A DNA stretch of 64,000 bases. It comes from a virus (lineage: Duplodnaviria > Caudoviricetes). Below, piece after piece: positions 1 to 10,268 of this stretch. Each line of letters opens with the position of its first letter. Within the stretch, counting starts at the first letter, position 1. The stretch lies in IMG/VR virus record IMGVR_UViG_3300032219_002522, positions 32,001 through 96,000 of that record, one strand, 5' to 3'. The notes under the pieces were generated by a model. The model did not search any database. It saw nothing but the letters and a program-made list of their open reading frames with translations, and was not told the origin of the DNA. Position numbers and translations under genes: made by a program.

Positions 1-8
1 TAAATAAA

Positions 9-593
9 CTATTTTCTAGGCTTTCTATTCTTCTTAGCTTGTTGATAAAGCTTTTTGTCGTGCATTTTTGTTGTTTTACCCCCAGTAACAAAAGAATTTA
101 CCCTAGCCATTGCCCATTGTTGAGGGGTGGTTCCTGGGATATGTCCAGTTTTCCAAGCTGCATAACCTCTTTTCCAAACTTGAGTTAGTATTCCTTGAGG
201 AAATCCTGTTTTATCAGATTTATTTTTAAGAGCTTTTCTAACTGGACTTGATGGAGAATTTACACCCTCATTTAAGAATCCATCAAATTCCATTATTTCA
301 GATTCACTAAGAGTATCTAAGAATTCTATAAATTCATTTTTTAGATCCTCCATTACTGACATAAATTCTGAAGGATCTGTTATTAGATTCTCTCCGAACA
401 TTTGTTTATATTTACTGGTGTATTTGCTTGTTTTTGTTTTCACTGGCTTACCCACGCCCGCTTTGCGCGATTTGTAATCAGCATCCCAAGGACCGTATGC
501 TGAATCATCATCATCTTTTTTGTTAGCGTGCTTTTTTATCTCCCTTTTCATCACGTTGGGATTTGTTGACAGATACTTTTTGGGTAATTTCAT
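9..593 (-). CDS. Hypothetical protein, DUF5824-like (phage/giant virus family)
   Basis: Motifs TKTSKYTSKYKQMFGE and ILTQVWKRGYAAWKTGHxPGTTPQQWAMARVNSF recalled from this family; ATG at 593 follows a GATAAATA late-type motif. Confidence 0.55.
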   Translation of the reverse strand: MKLPKKYLSTNPNVMKREIKKHANKKDDDDSAYGPWDADYKSRKAGVGKPVKTKTSKYTSKYKQMFGENLITDPSEFMSVMEDLKNEFIEFLDTLSESEIMEFDGFLNEGVNSPSSPVRKALKNKSDKTGFPQGILTQVWKRGYAAWKTGHIPGTTPQQWAMARVNSFVTGGKTTKMHDKKLYQQAKKNRKPRK

Positions 594-645
594 ACTATAT
601 TTATCCAACTTCACTAAATCATTTTTTTAAAATAAATGAAATCTC

Positions 646-653
646 TAGGTTTG
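646..653 (+). promoter_or_regulatory. Bacteroidota-type sigma-A -7 element (TAGGTTTG), with an upstream AATCATTTTTT tract
   Basis: Matches TAnnTTTG; same architecture at 21439, 26670, 27121 and 39028. Confidence 0.6.
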
Positions 654-670
654 CAGCAATTATCAAAAAT

Positions 671-1051
671 ATGGAATTTAGAAGAAGCAAATTCAGCAGA
701 AGAATAAGAAAGAAAAAAAGAATTGGAGAATTCAGAGAATATGGATTTTCTATCGATGTTTATTGTGGACCAGATCCAGAAGGAAAAATACTAGATCGAG
801 TAATCGATATTATTATATCTAAGGGAATGGATTGTACAGGAGGAGGGGATCAGGAGAAATACCAGTTCTTTATTGACGGAATAAAAAATGAATCAGATAA
901 AGAATGGATTTCTAATGAAATTAAAAAAATCGAAGAAGTACAAGATGTAGTATACTACAAAACTGTTGATTTGTGGCACGATAACTCAGAATACTTTGAA
1001 GAAATTGATAAAATTAGAAAGGAATATGAGGAGAAAAAGGGAACATCCTAG
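671..1051 (+). CDS. yggL: YggL/DUF469 family 50S ribosome-binding protein
   Basis: SRRIRKKKRIGEFREYGFSI and C-terminal VDLW resemble YggL; ATG at 671 lies just downstream of the promoter. Confidence 0.65.
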   Translation: MEFRRSKFSRRIRKKKRIGEFREYGFSIDVYCGPDPEGKILDRVIDIIISKGMDCTGGGDQEKYQFFIDGIKNESDKEWISNEIKKIEEVQDVVYYKTVDLWHDNSEYFEEIDKIRKEYEEKKGTS

Positions 1052-1562
1052 ACTTATCCATGGATCAATAATGAGTCCTTGTTTTATGACAGAGGAGGAA
1101 TTTGAATCTGGATATAAGGAATCCATATTTTATGTGGATAAACAATTCAAATCAGAATACGAGAAGCATATATCTGCTATGGAGCATATAGCTAATATAG
1201 CAAAAAGCTACATTTATAAAAATTGGAAGCTTGTAAAGGATTGGTCAGATTTGGAAGTTGTTGTAATTCATGGACCTACAGGAGGAAGTACTTATTACTA
1301 TTCCTATAAGGAAAGAATTAGGAAGAAAGATTATCACTCGGACATATTTCTTAAATTTGACAAAGAAAAGAAAAGAAACCAAAACCCGGTAAAAACAATG
1401 GACGAAGTGGTACTTGATCCTACTGATGGAGATTTTTCAGTTACAATAAATGGTAACGAACACTGGTGGATTCAGGATGAGGCAGTAATTATAATAGCGG
1501 ACTATATAGAAAAACAATTAAAAAAGCAAGATGAGGAAACTGGCGACAATTCAAAAAATTAA
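1026..1562 (+). CDS. Hypothetical protein
   Basis: ORF track; ATG at 1026. Confidence 0.6.
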   Translation: MRRKREHPRLIHGSIMSPCFMTEEEFESGYKESIFYVDKQFKSEYEKHISAMEHIANIAKSYIYKNWKLVKDWSDLEVVVIHGPTGGSTYYYSYKERIRKKDYHSDIFLKFDKEKKRNQNPVKTMDEVVLDPTDGDFSVTINGNEHWWIQDEAVIIIADYIEKQLKKQDEETGDNSKN

Positions 1563-1620
1563 AGAAATCCATCCGATTGAAGGAGCGGATGCAATTGAAT
1601 TAGCAATAAATTTCTGTTAA
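1531..1620 (+). pseudogene. Truncated N-terminus of a DRB0094-family (Rnl2-like) RNA ligase
   Basis: Own translation MRKLATIQKIKEIHPIEGADAIELAINFC*, matching the recalled family N-terminus MRKLA.I..I..I.PIEGAD.IE.A, stopped after 29 aa. Confidence 0.6.
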
Positions 1621-2646
1621 ATGAGAAATAAAAAAACGAGATCCGAAGGGGAGATTAGAGACCGAATAAACAATTTAATTAAAATCACAAAAAGAATGAA
1701 AGAGAGATCAGAAGTAACATCTTATCTAGATCCAGAGGATTTGGAATCAGTAGACACAAATAAACACACACAATGGTCTGTGTTACAGAATGGGCAGTTC
1801 GCTCCATCGTATGTTTCTATATCTAATGTCCCATCAGGTCTTTATGAAATGAAATGGAACTCACCTCTTCAATCATGGGTCCTTGCAAAACAAGCTTTAA
1901 ATATAGATGAGCTTTACGAACTTCCTTCACCAGAGATTGAAAGTATATTGAGTGATATAAAGATATTCTGGAGAAAAAGAGAAACGTACAAAGAATATAA
2001 TTTCGTTCATAAAAGAGGTATTTTGTTATATGGAGATCCTGGATGTGGTAAATCAGGTATTATCCAACTGTGCGTAAAAAGCTTAATAGAGGAAGAAAAT
2101 GGTATAGTTATAAATATCAAAGAGGATGAGGATTTTAAAGCATTTATAGAATTTGTTCCTACGATAAGAACTATCGAGCCTGAAAGACCTCTTATTGTAA
2201 TTCTAGAAGATATCGATTCATTAGCAGGTGAGGACAGATATTCCACAACTAAACTCTTAAATATCCTTGATGGGGTTAAACAAATCGAGAACGTTGTTTA
2301 TATAGCAACCACTAACTATCCTGAAAAATTACAGGAGAGAATCACAAATCGTCCATCAAGATTTGATAGAAGATACGAAGTTCAGATGCCTTCTAGAGAT
2401 ATTAGAGAATCTTACCTAAGAAATAAACTTACTGAGGAGGATCTAAAATCCATTAATATGAAAGAATGGTTAGATGAGAGCGATGATATGTCATTATCTC
2501 ACTTGAAAGAATTGGTTATTTCTGTAATCGTAATGGGTAAAGATTTTAGAGAATCCCTATCTGCTCTAAATGCTCTTTCAGATAAGCCAAAAATCAAAGG
2601 CGGAAAAAGAAAATCCGGAATCGGATTTAGTAACTCGAAAAATTAA
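1621..2646 (+). CDS. AAA+ ATPase
   Basis: Walker A GDPGCGKS, Walker B VILEDID, second region of homology TTNYPEKL..RITNRPSRFD. Confidence 0.9.
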   Translation: MRNKKTRSEGEIRDRINNLIKITKRMKERSEVTSYLDPEDLESVDTNKHTQWSVLQNGQFAPSYVSISNVPSGLYEMKWNSPLQSWVLAKQALNIDELYELPSPEIESILSDIKIFWRKRETYKEYNFVHKRGILLYGDPGCGKSGIIQLCVKSLIEEENGIVINIKEDEDFKAFIEFVPTIRTIEPERPLIVILEDIDSLAGEDRYSTTKLLNILDGVKQIENVVYIATTNYPEKLQERITNRPSRFDRRYEVQMPSRDIRESYLRNKLTEEDLKSINMKEWLDESDDMSLSHLKELVISVIVMGKDFRESLSALNALSDKPKIKGGKRKSGIGFSNSKN

Positions 2647-2674
2647 ATTGGGATATATAATCTAGAACTAATAT

Positions 2675-3742
2675 ATGAAGAGTTTTAGAGAAAAACATCC
2701 TGGATTGACAGAGGAACAGCTCAAGATAAAATATAAAATCTGGGAGAGGGAGAAAGAGAGGGAGAGGCAAATAAACGAAGCCGAGCAAAAAAAAAGATAT
2801 CGTAACCCCTTTAAGGAAGATGATGAGGGAGACGAAGGAGCTGGGTATGCGGGAAGTTTAGATATAGATGGATCACATGGTGTAGTTTCTGATGCGGCTT
2901 TAGTTAGTTCTGGAATTTCTTTTTACTACAACAACGGAACTAGAATCTTCACAAAAAGTGACATTGATGGAAGATTTAATATACCAAGAAGCTTCGGTCA
3001 GGGATTTGTATTGGTTGAAGGAGGAGTTGATTCAGTTAATGGACTAGATTATAAAGGACAATTTAGAATAGACTCAGCATTTTTTCATAGATACAGAGCA
3101 ATAACACCAATAACTCATATAGCTAGTCATATATGGGATTGTACACCAACAAGAACCCCGGATGAGGCGATGGATCTAGTTATTGACCATATATCCCACT
3201 TATCTAACATAATTATACCAAAAATAAATAAGGATCAATTCTTTAATCAGGATCATGTTAAGCTAACACTTAATCTAATAGAGGGATCTAAAGAAATACA
3301 GGCAATAAATACGATTATAGAGATCTATTCAGATTTAATAGGAGCTTTAAAATCGAATAAGGAGGGGGAGATAGTACAAAATAAAATACAGACCTATAAA
3401 GAAATAGGCAATTCACTATTAACTAAAATAAATGGACAGGAATCTATAAATTATATAGATGATTTTTTTAAATTTCATATTTCCAATCAAGAAAAAATTC
3501 ACGATAAATGCTGCTCTTTTCTAATAAATAAAGCAATGAAAAGCATAGATAAAGCTTTATGTAAAGATCCTATACAAGCAACAAAAGAAATACAGGCTTT
3601 AAATCTAGCAGTAAAAACTGAATGGTGTGATAAATCTTTACACATGACAATGGATAAAAATACAAGTCCTGAAAAAATATGGGACAGTATCGATAAAAAA
3701 AATCCAATGGATTTATTGGGATCTATAAATATATCAGATTAA
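2675..3742 (+). CDS. Hypothetical late protein
   Basis: 355-aa ORF preceded by GATATATA. Confidence 0.6.
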   Translation: MKSFREKHPGLTEEQLKIKYKIWEREKERERQINEAEQKKRYRNPFKEDDEGDEGAGYAGSLDIDGSHGVVSDAALVSSGISFYYNNGTRIFTKSDIDGRFNIPRSFGQGFVLVEGGVDSVNGLDYKGQFRIDSAFFHRYRAITPITHIASHIWDCTPTRTPDEAMDLVIDHISHLSNIIIPKINKDQFFNQDHVKLTLNLIEGSKEIQAINTIIEIYSDLIGALKSNKEGEIVQNKIQTYKEIGNSLLTKINGQESINYIDDFFKFHISNQEKIHDKCCSFLINKAMKSIDKALCKDPIQATKEIQALNLAVKTEWCDKSLHMTMDKNTSPEKIWDSIDKKNPMDLLGSINISD

Positions 3743-3744
3743 AA

Positions 3745-4338
3745 TCACTGATGATGATCCAAGTCTTTTGGATAATCTTCTATCTTACTCATTATTCTTT
3801 TTAAATCTTCATATGAGTAAGGCATTAAACCGTTAGTGTCTACTCCGATATCCATCGTTCTTCTTCTATTCTGTTTAGTCCACCATTCATCTGGTTTTAG
3901 ATTATTGTGGCAGTGTCCATAAAGTTGCCAAGACCCTTTATGATACTTATTCCATATTTTCATTGGCCAATGGCTAAGGATTATAAGGTTTTTTTCAATC
4001 TCTATTTCTAGATAAGAATTTACACTTTGAAATACCTCCTGGCAATTATCTCGATTTTTGTAAATATGCTCGTCGTGATTACCCAATATAAGGTGAACAG
4101 TATTGCAGATTATTCTTTCTCTAAATTTAAAAATATTCTCAACACCTCCAAAACTCCAATCGCCTAAGTGGTAAAGTATATCGTCTTGTGCAACAACCGA
4201 ATTTATAGATTCAACTAGTTTTTCGTTATGCTCTTCTAGAGTTTTGAAATCCCTGCATCGATTACCCTCAGGCCAGCTAGTAACTCCTCTAACTATATTT
4301 TTATGCCCGTAGTGCGTGTCTGAAGTAAAGTATATCAT
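3745..4338 (-). CDS. Calcineurin-like metallophosphoesterase
   Basis: DTHYGH, HLGD, GNHD, GHCH motifs. Confidence 0.9.
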   Translation of the reverse strand: MIYFTSDTHYGHKNIVRGVTSWPEGNRCRDFKTLEEHNEKLVESINSVVAQDDILYHLGDWSFGGVENIFKFRERIICNTVHLILGNHDEHIYKNRDNCQEVFQSVNSYLEIEIEKNLIILSHWPMKIWNKYHKGSWQLYGHCHNNLKPDEWWTKQNRRRTMDIGVDTNGLMPYSYEDLKRIMSKIEDYPKDLDHHQ

Positions 4339-4343
4339 AAAAA

Positions 4344-4399
4344 TTATATTCGTTAATCCTTGTTATGTTCCGGAACTTTTAGTGGAATAATCCGTAAAA
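4344..4399. promoter_or_regulatory. Back-to-back GGAAC-N18-TA(T/A)AA promoters sharing the palindrome GTTCCGGAAC
   Basis: Palindrome at 4367-4376, with a -10-like box 18 nt away on each strand, between divergent genes. Confidence 0.6.
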
Positions 4400-4404
4400 A
4401 TAAT

Positions 4405-4731
4405 ATGAAATTTAAAGATTTTAAGGAGTGTATAGATAATTTAATAATTATGCACAATAAAAATATGGAAGCCTATAGGATAGGTGTAGACATATTAGAT
4501 TATCATGATCCCTATGATAAAGCAATCAATATTTTATTTGAGCAGGTACTTACGGAGAATGGAATGGAATGGTTAGGTTGGTATCTGTACGAAAAAGACG
4601 GGATATCAGGTAATCCTAAAAAAGATATGAAAGCATGGGATAATGAAAAAGAAATTTGTAAAAACCTCAAAGATCTTCATGCTTATTTAACTACAAATAA
4701 CTACTTTAGACAAAATGTGGAGCAGCAATAA
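4405..4731 (+). CDS. Hypothetical protein
   Basis: ORF; ATG at 4405 after the promoter. Confidence 0.6.
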   Translation: MKFKDFKECIDNLIIMHNKNMEAYRIGVDILDYHDPYDKAINILFEQVLTENGMEWLGWYLYEKDGISGNPKKDMKAWDNEKEICKNLKDLHAYLTTNNYFRQNVEQQ

Positions 4732-4915
4732 ATCTATAATTAACTGGGAATTACACCAGAAAATTTCCAAGAAAACAAAAATACAAACCAAATACAAATA
4801 CAATAAACCTAATGGGAAAAAACCAGGATGGTTTAAAAGACTTGTATCTCATATAAAAGATGTTTTTAACGGATTAAATGACATGAGAAAAAATGGGAAT
4901 TCACCAAGGAGCTAA
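4715..4915 (+). CDS. Hypothetical protein
   Basis: ORF overlapping its neighbours in an operon. Confidence 0.45.
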   Translation: MWSSNKSIINWELHQKISKKTKIQTKYKYNKPNGKKPGWFKRLVSHIKDVFNGLNDMRKNGNSPRS

Positions 4916-5102
4916 ACCAAATCCTAAGATGCTATTAGATGGTAAAGAATATGTTGTTGAGAAATTCTTTATATCTGAATTAGGATATCTGATGATGAGA
5001 TTATACTCGGAGGAAAATAAAACATATACAACATATAATCTAGGAACTCACGATCCTGTAAAAAATATATTTAATGAAGCAATCGAAAAACAAAGATCCT
5101 GA
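4893..5102 (+). CDS. Hypothetical protein
   Basis: ORF in operon. Confidence 0.5.
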   Translation: MGIHQGAKPNPKMLLDGKEYVVEKFFISELGYLMMRLYSEENKTYTTYNLGTHDPVKNIFNEAIEKQRS

Positions 5103-5571
5103 AATAGTACTCCTTAATTCTGAAGGACCTGTATTAAAGGTAAAAGGGAGTGATGATGGATCATATGTTCTATATGATACTGATGATTCTATAGTGGAAA
5201 TATTAAACCTGGATGGATTTATAGGATTTATATTCGGTAATAAGTCAGTAAAATATACGGATGGGAGGGAATTTATATTTAATAAATTCTCTACAGGAAT
5301 GAGAACAAAAAAGTCTGATATAATTAAGTTCATAATATTATCCGAAAAAAATTCAGCAGGATTAGACCCTTGGATATCACCCGTTGCGGAAGAAAGGGAA
5401 TGGCAGGAAGACGTTTTAAATGAACTATTTCCTAGCTATCCCAATGCAGCTCCTAAATGGCAATATATGAATGGATTATTGCAAATAGCATTAATATACA
5501 AAGAACAGATCGAAGTAGATCACGGTAATAGTTCAGGCGAAGAAGAAACAGAAGACGATGAAAATGGCTAA
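5074..5571 (+). CDS. Hypothetical protein
   Basis: ORF in operon. Confidence 0.55.
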   Translation: MKQSKNKDPEIVLLNSEGPVLKVKGSDDGSYVLYDTDDSIVEILNLDGFIGFIFGNKSVKYTDGREFIFNKFSTGMRTKKSDIIKFIILSEKNSAGLDPWISPVAEEREWQEDVLNELFPSYPNAAPKWQYMNGLLQIALIYKEQIEVDHGNSSGEEETEDDENG

Positions 5572-5902
5572 AGAATTAATTTATATAGCATCCCCGTACA
5601 CGCACCCAGACGAAAGGGTCAGACACGAGAATTATTTAGTAGTTACTAAAATAGCAGGTGATCTTGTATCAAGAGGAGCAGTTGCTATTTCTCCTATAAC
5701 ATATGGTCATGTAATAGCAGAGCATACTAAGATGCCTACTGACTGGAATTTCTGGATGGATTTCTGTCTTGTACTTCTTGGTAAATGCGACAAGCTGTTA
5801 GTTTGTAATACCATTCACGGGTGGGAAAACTCCAAAGGTGTAGCAGCTGAGATAGAATTTGCAAAACAAAATGGTATTAAAATAGAATACTTAAAAAAAT
5901 GA
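5558..5902 (+). CDS. DUF1937 / nucleoside deoxyribosyltransferase-like protein
   Basis: IYIASPYTHPD ... GWENSKGVAAEIEFA. Confidence 0.7.
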   Translation: MKMAKELIYIASPYTHPDERVRHENYLVVTKIAGDLVSRGAVAISPITYGHVIAEHTKMPTDWNFWMDFCLVLLGKCDKLLVCNTIHGWENSKGVAAEIEFAKQNGIKIEYLKK

Positions 5903-7122
5903 ATAAATTAGATTTATCTTATCAATCCCTACTCCAAGATATCTTAGACAATGGAGTTACCAAACAAGACCGTACAGGTACTGGAACAATTAGTGTTTTT
6001 GGTAGACAAATCCGTCATAAAATGAGTGATGGGTTTCCATTACTCACAACCAAGAAGATGGCTTGGAAAACTATGGTAACTGAATTACTATGGTTCCTAC
6101 GCGGTGATACAAACATCAAGTTCCTTGTTGATAACAATTGTCATATTTGGACTGGTGATGCTTATAAAGTTTATGATAAAGACTTTGATCGTGAACATCC
6201 ACCATTCAGTGCACCATATCCACCTCGTCTAACGGTTAAAGAATTCGAAGAGAAAATTATGATTGATGATGAATTCAATAAATGGTATGGAGATCTAGGT
6301 CCAATCTATGGCAAACAATGGAGAAATTGGGGAGGTAAACAGGTGTCAGTAAAAGACGGTAACGTAGTTACAACAGTCAATGATCAAATCTCAAGTCTCA
6401 TCAACGACCTTAAAAACAATCCTGATAGCCGAAGACTAATGGTTAATGCTTGGAATGTTGGTGAGTTGGACCAAATGGTTCTTCCACCATGTCATTATGG
6501 GTTTCAAGTTTATACAAGAGAGTTGAGTGAAAGCGAAAGATTTAAGTGGTACGGAAATAAGATAGGTTCACACATGCACCATGACCATATCGTACAAGAG
6601 ATGAATCAAGAAAATGTACCAACCAGAGCAATTTCTTTAAGTTGGAATCAGAGATCTATAGATACATTCTTAGGTTTACCATTCAACATTGCATCTTATG
6701 GATTGTTATTAGAAATCATTGCTAAAGCAGTGAATATGGTTCCTGATGAATTGATTGGAAACTTGGGTGATACGCATTTGTATTTGAATCATATTGAACA
6801 AGCAAAGGAACAGATTGGCGGGAATTTGACACTAGAGGAAAGAATTGATCATTGGTTTCACACAAACAAACCAAATAGAGATGTTGTTGATCATTTTGAT
6901 ACTTTTGGGGATGCACAAAAAATCATGTATTTGGATAAAGCAAATGTTCCGAGCAGATCAAGGGAGCCATTCACACTACCCGAATTGAAACACATGAAAA
7001 CTGATGAGTTTTATAAATCATTATCCGAAGATCTGTCTTTATTTACTCATTTAGATAATACCGATTTTACAATCGAAAATTATCAATCTCATCCACACAT
7101 TAAAGCACCGTTATCCAATTAA
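5899..7122 (+). CDS. thyA: Thymidylate synthase with insertions
   Basis: DRTGTGT, ELLWFLRG, LGPIYGKQWR, LPPCH, QRSIDTFLGLPFNIASY, GDTHLYLNH. Confidence 0.95.
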   Translation: MNKLDLSYQSLLQDILDNGVTKQDRTGTGTISVFGRQIRHKMSDGFPLLTTKKMAWKTMVTELLWFLRGDTNIKFLVDNNCHIWTGDAYKVYDKDFDREHPPFSAPYPPRLTVKEFEEKIMIDDEFNKWYGDLGPIYGKQWRNWGGKQVSVKDGNVVTTVNDQISSLINDLKNNPDSRRLMVNAWNVGELDQMVLPPCHYGFQVYTRELSESERFKWYGNKIGSHMHHDHIVQEMNQENVPTRAISLSWNQRSIDTFLGLPFNIASYGLLLEIIAKAVNMVPDELIGNLGDTHLYLNHIEQAKEQIGGNLTLEERIDHWFHTNKPNRDVVDHFDTFGDAQKIMYLDKANVPSRSREPFTLPELKHMKTDEFYKSLSEDLSLFTHLDNTDFTIENYQSHPHIKAPLSN

Positions 7123-7127
7123 AAACT

Positions 7128-7451
7128 ATGGAAAGAGACAAATCATGGGATGATCCACAACTATCAGACGGAGATATGGGATACACAGAAACAAAGTTAA
7201 CCTTAGAGGAGATCGACAAAACGAATCATAAGGTTTTATTTGGCGATAGATTACTCGGATACTTTATTATGGATATTGATGGATATTACTATTTTGACTA
7301 TGTCACAGCTCCAAACGGATTATGGACTTCATATTCATTAAGAATGGTTGCGGATCTACTTGAAGAGATTAATAAACCACACGAGGATAAAATCAAAGAA
7401 TACTTTAAAAAAAATGGCACGACTACAGATTCAGTACAAGAACTACCTTAA
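7128..7451 (+). CDS. Hypothetical protein
   Basis: ORF track. Confidence 0.55.
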   Translation: MERDKSWDDPQLSDGDMGYTETKLTLEEIDKTNHKVLFGDRLLGYFIMDIDGYYYFDYVTAPNGLWTSYSLRMVADLLEEINKPHEDKIKEYFKKNGTTTDSVQELP

Positions 7452-7788
7452 AAGAAATCCAGATTCTAATTACAGTTATGAAGAATGGATGAAAAATGTA
7501 CTAACTCCAATTCTACAAAAAACACAGAATTTAAGCGATCACAATTCTTATTGGACTAGTGATAATATGAATACTAATGACCGCGAAATAAAATTTACTG
7601 AGATATCCAAAGGAATATCGGAACATTTATCAAATTTAAAATATGATAAGGGGGATCTCTCAGATATAGGCAACGAAATAGGATTCTCTTTAGGTACACT
7701 ATTAAAAGATATGTCGAAAGAGGAAATAAACTGCTTTATAATGGGCTTTAAACACGGGGTAAGTTTAACTAACGGTACACATTTTTAA
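7414..7788 (+). CDS. Hypothetical protein
   Basis: ORF; likely start MARLQ. Confidence 0.5.
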   Translation: MARLQIQYKNYLKRNPDSNYSYEEWMKNVLTPILQKTQNLSDHNSYWTSDNMNTNDREIKFTEISKGISEHLSNLKYDKGDLSDIGNEIGFSLGTLLKDMSKEEINCFIMGFKHGVSLTNGTHF

Positions 7789-7798
7789 ATTTCAATCT

Positions 7799-8035
7799 AT
7801 GAAAACAATTAAGATTAGGTATGTAAAAAGGAAGGATACCTACTATATGGAGAGAAAAGGAATCTTCGGATGGAAAAGACTAGGATATTCTGTAGATATG
7901 GGATATGGAGGTTTTTGGCAATCATATACATCGGATAATAAAAAAGATCTACTCGATCAGGTTCTAGAAGAATATTATCAGATTGACAGAAGATTTGCTG
8001 AGATTATAGAATATCCAATGATTAAAGTTTATTAA
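7799..8035 (+). CDS. Hypothetical protein
   Basis: ORF track. Confidence 0.55.
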   Translation: MKTIKIRYVKRKDTYYMERKGIFGWKRLGYSVDMGYGGFWQSYTSDNKKDLLDQVLEEYYQIDRRFAEIIEYPMIKVY

Positions 8036-8040
8036 ATATT

Positions 8041-8367
8041 ATGGAAGAAATGGAAAATACAAAAATTTCACTTGTTATTAGATCTGGAATTAAAATTATC
8101 CAGAACACTATTGAAGGAGTTACAATAAAAATACTAGACGAAGAAATGTCCAGAAGTGAACCGACTGAATTTCTTCCGCTAGGAGCTCTTGGAGTTAATG
8201 TAAGAATAGATTGGGAAGAAATGGGATCTAAGGATGTTTTTCTTACAGCTCAATTATGCGAAGATATGCACAGTCTGTATGGAGATAAAATAGCTGAGGA
8301 ATTTGTATTTCCTATGTTTAGAGAAGAGATGGAAAAATTTACAAATAGCTGTAAAGAATATGAATAA
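8041..8367 (+). CDS. Hypothetical protein
   Basis: ORF track. Confidence 0.55.
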   Translation: MEEMENTKISLVIRSGIKIIQNTIEGVTIKILDEEMSRSEPTEFLPLGALGVNVRIDWEEMGSKDVFLTAQLCEDMHSLYGDKIAEEFVFPMFREEMEKFTNSCKEYE

Positions 8368-8550
8368 TATTTCATTTAAAATAAGTAGAGAGATGTTAAT
8401 GGAAATGTCATCTTTAAAAACTAATGAGGAAGGGTTTGAATATATTGAAGATTGTTTTGCTATAGATAAAAACAGGATTGAAAGTGTACAAACAATATAC
8501 GAACCCGAATTTGAACCTTTTTTAATAATTAAGATCAAACCAAAATTATA

Positions 8551-8970
8551 ATGGAATTACTAAACACACATCCTATTAAAAAATCGGATTTGGGATTTCA
8601 TGGTAATTTATTTGGAGGAAAACTCCTTGCGTGGATAGATGCAGCAGCAGCTGGATATTGTATGCAGCTTTGTGATAGTCCTAGAGTAGTTACCGTTTCT
8701 ATAGATAAATGTAACTTCGAGAAGCCTGCTAGAGAAAGTCAACTTCTTAAAATATATGGAAATCCAACAAGAGTTGGAAATTGTTCAGTAACCCTTTATA
8801 TGGAAGCAAGAGCACATAACGTTTATACTGGTAAGCAGGTTCTTGTTCTAAAGACCCACATAACATTTGTTCATATTGACGAAGAAGGAAATCCTATCCC
8901 AATTGGAGAAAAAGGAAGGAACAGAATAAATAGGATAGTGGGTGAACAGACAGATCCCGATAATAAATAA
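8551..8970 (+). CDS. Acyl-CoA thioesterase (hotdog fold)
   Basis: DLGFHGNLFGGKLLAWID.AA, VVTVSID, TFVHIDEEGNP. Confidence 0.85.
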   Translation: MELLNTHPIKKSDLGFHGNLFGGKLLAWIDAAAAGYCMQLCDSPRVVTVSIDKCNFEKPARESQLLKIYGNPTRVGNCSVTLYMEARAHNVYTGKQVLVLKTHITFVHIDEEGNPIPIGEKGRNRINRIVGEQTDPDNK

Positions 8971-8975
8971 AACAT

Positions 8976-9389
8976 ATGGAAAAAGTAAGAATATATCTAG
9001 ACGATGTTAGAACTCCTATAGAAGAGGATTGGATTATTTGTAGGGATTACGAAGAATTTGTTAACAAAATTACTGAGATAGGATTAGATAACATATACAT
9101 GATATCTCTAGATCACGATTTAGGAGAGACAGCAATAAGAGAGTATTTTAAAAATGTAAAAACTAATTATGTTCTTAATTACGATAACATCCACGAAAAA
9201 ACTGGTTACGATTGCGCAAAATGGCTAGTTTCCGAAAGTATGGATAAAAATATAGATCTTCCTATAGTAACTGTCCATAGTGCAAATCCAGTTGGCTCTG
9301 CAAATATGATGGGATACATAAATAACTACCTTAAAAATAAGAGGTTACCCCAAAATTGTGAGAGAGTTAAAATACCTCATACTGTTTAA
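8976..9389 (+). CDS. Cyclic-phosphate-processing receiver-like domain protein
   Basis: YLDDVR, ISLDHDLG, KTGYDCAKWL, VHSANPVG. Confidence 0.75.
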   Translation: MEKVRIYLDDVRTPIEEDWIICRDYEEFVNKITEIGLDNIYMISLDHDLGETAIREYFKNVKTNYVLNYDNIHEKTGYDCAKWLVSESMDKNIDLPIVTVHSANPVGSANMMGYINNYLKNKRLPQNCERVKIPHTV

Positions 9390-9399
9390 TATATAGTAT

Positions 9400-9723
9400 A
9401 TGGAATTTATAAAAAAACTATCTTCAGCAATTGCTTTATCTTTGATAATATCGCTTCCACTATCGATGCTAGAAGCTTTAGCAGTATATTCTATTGTAAA
9501 TCTTTATGAGATTCCATATTTAATAAAATTCCATTATTATCAAATTATAGGGATAATCTTTATAATAATGATAACTAGAAATAGAATTAGAATAGATTCC
9601 GAACAAGACGATGAAAATGATCTTATACCCTCAATTATTTCTTTAAGTGCAAATAGATTATTTAGAATAATATTTGTTTGGTCAGTATCTTTTTCATTAC
9701 ACTACATATTTTTTAATTTTTAA
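9400..9723 (+). CDS. Membrane protein
   Basis: Three hydrophobic segments. Confidence 0.6.
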   Translation: MEFIKKLSSAIALSLIISLPLSMLEALAVYSIVNLYEIPYLIKFHYYQIIGIIFIIMITRNRIRIDSEQDDENDLIPSIISLSANRLFRIIFVWSVSFSLHYIFFNF

Positions 9724-9725
9724 GA

Positions 9726-10268
9726 ATGATCGACACTCTTTTAACTATAGTTATTCCTTGCAAAAATTCGGTAAGAAATCTCAAAAAAACCGTAGAAGAT
9801 ATAACAAAAAAAACAAAGGTAAAAGGAACTAGAGTACTAATTCTAGATTTTGGATCTGTAGACGGATCATACCAATATGCAGCTCAAGCATCTAATGATT
9901 TTGTAAGATTTCTTAAAATAGAATCTATAAAAATGGGCGAGGATCAAACTATAAAAAATGCCTTTGATCTAATTAATACACCATATGTACTAGTTATGAC
10001 TCCAGGATCTACTTTTAAGGACCATGATATGTTAATTTCATCTATTAATGAGATGTCTAAAATATCTTATCCCATAGCTTATTTAAGAAGAGAGGATTTT
10101 ATAAAAAATATAATGTCCACTTTCATAAAAAATAGAAGAAAGGTGGATGCTGTGTTTGGGAAAACACAGGTCCTAAATATTTTAGACTACAAGTATGAAG
10201 ACCCAGATCCTGAGATATCATTCGATAATCTTTCTAAAGGTATAAAGGTTGGAGGGTTTACCGACTAG
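9726..10268 (+). CDS. GT2/GT-A-fold glycosyltransferase-like protein (divergent)
   Basis: LTIVIPCKN...VLILDFGSVDGS; DxD motif not evident. Confidence 0.6.
   Translation: MIDTLLTIVIPCKNSVRNLKKTVEDITKKTKVKGTRVLILDFGSVDGSYQYAAQASNDFVRFLKIESIKMGEDQTIKNAFDLINTPYVLVMTPGSTFKDHDMLISSINEMSKISYPIAYLRREDFIKNIMSTFIKNRRKVDAVFGKTQVLNILDYKYEDPDPEISFDNLSKGIKVGGFTD

Noticed and set aside
5899-7122. Intron or intein in thyA
   Set aside because: The ORF is continuous; the extra length comes from short in-frame insertions without intein splice motifs.
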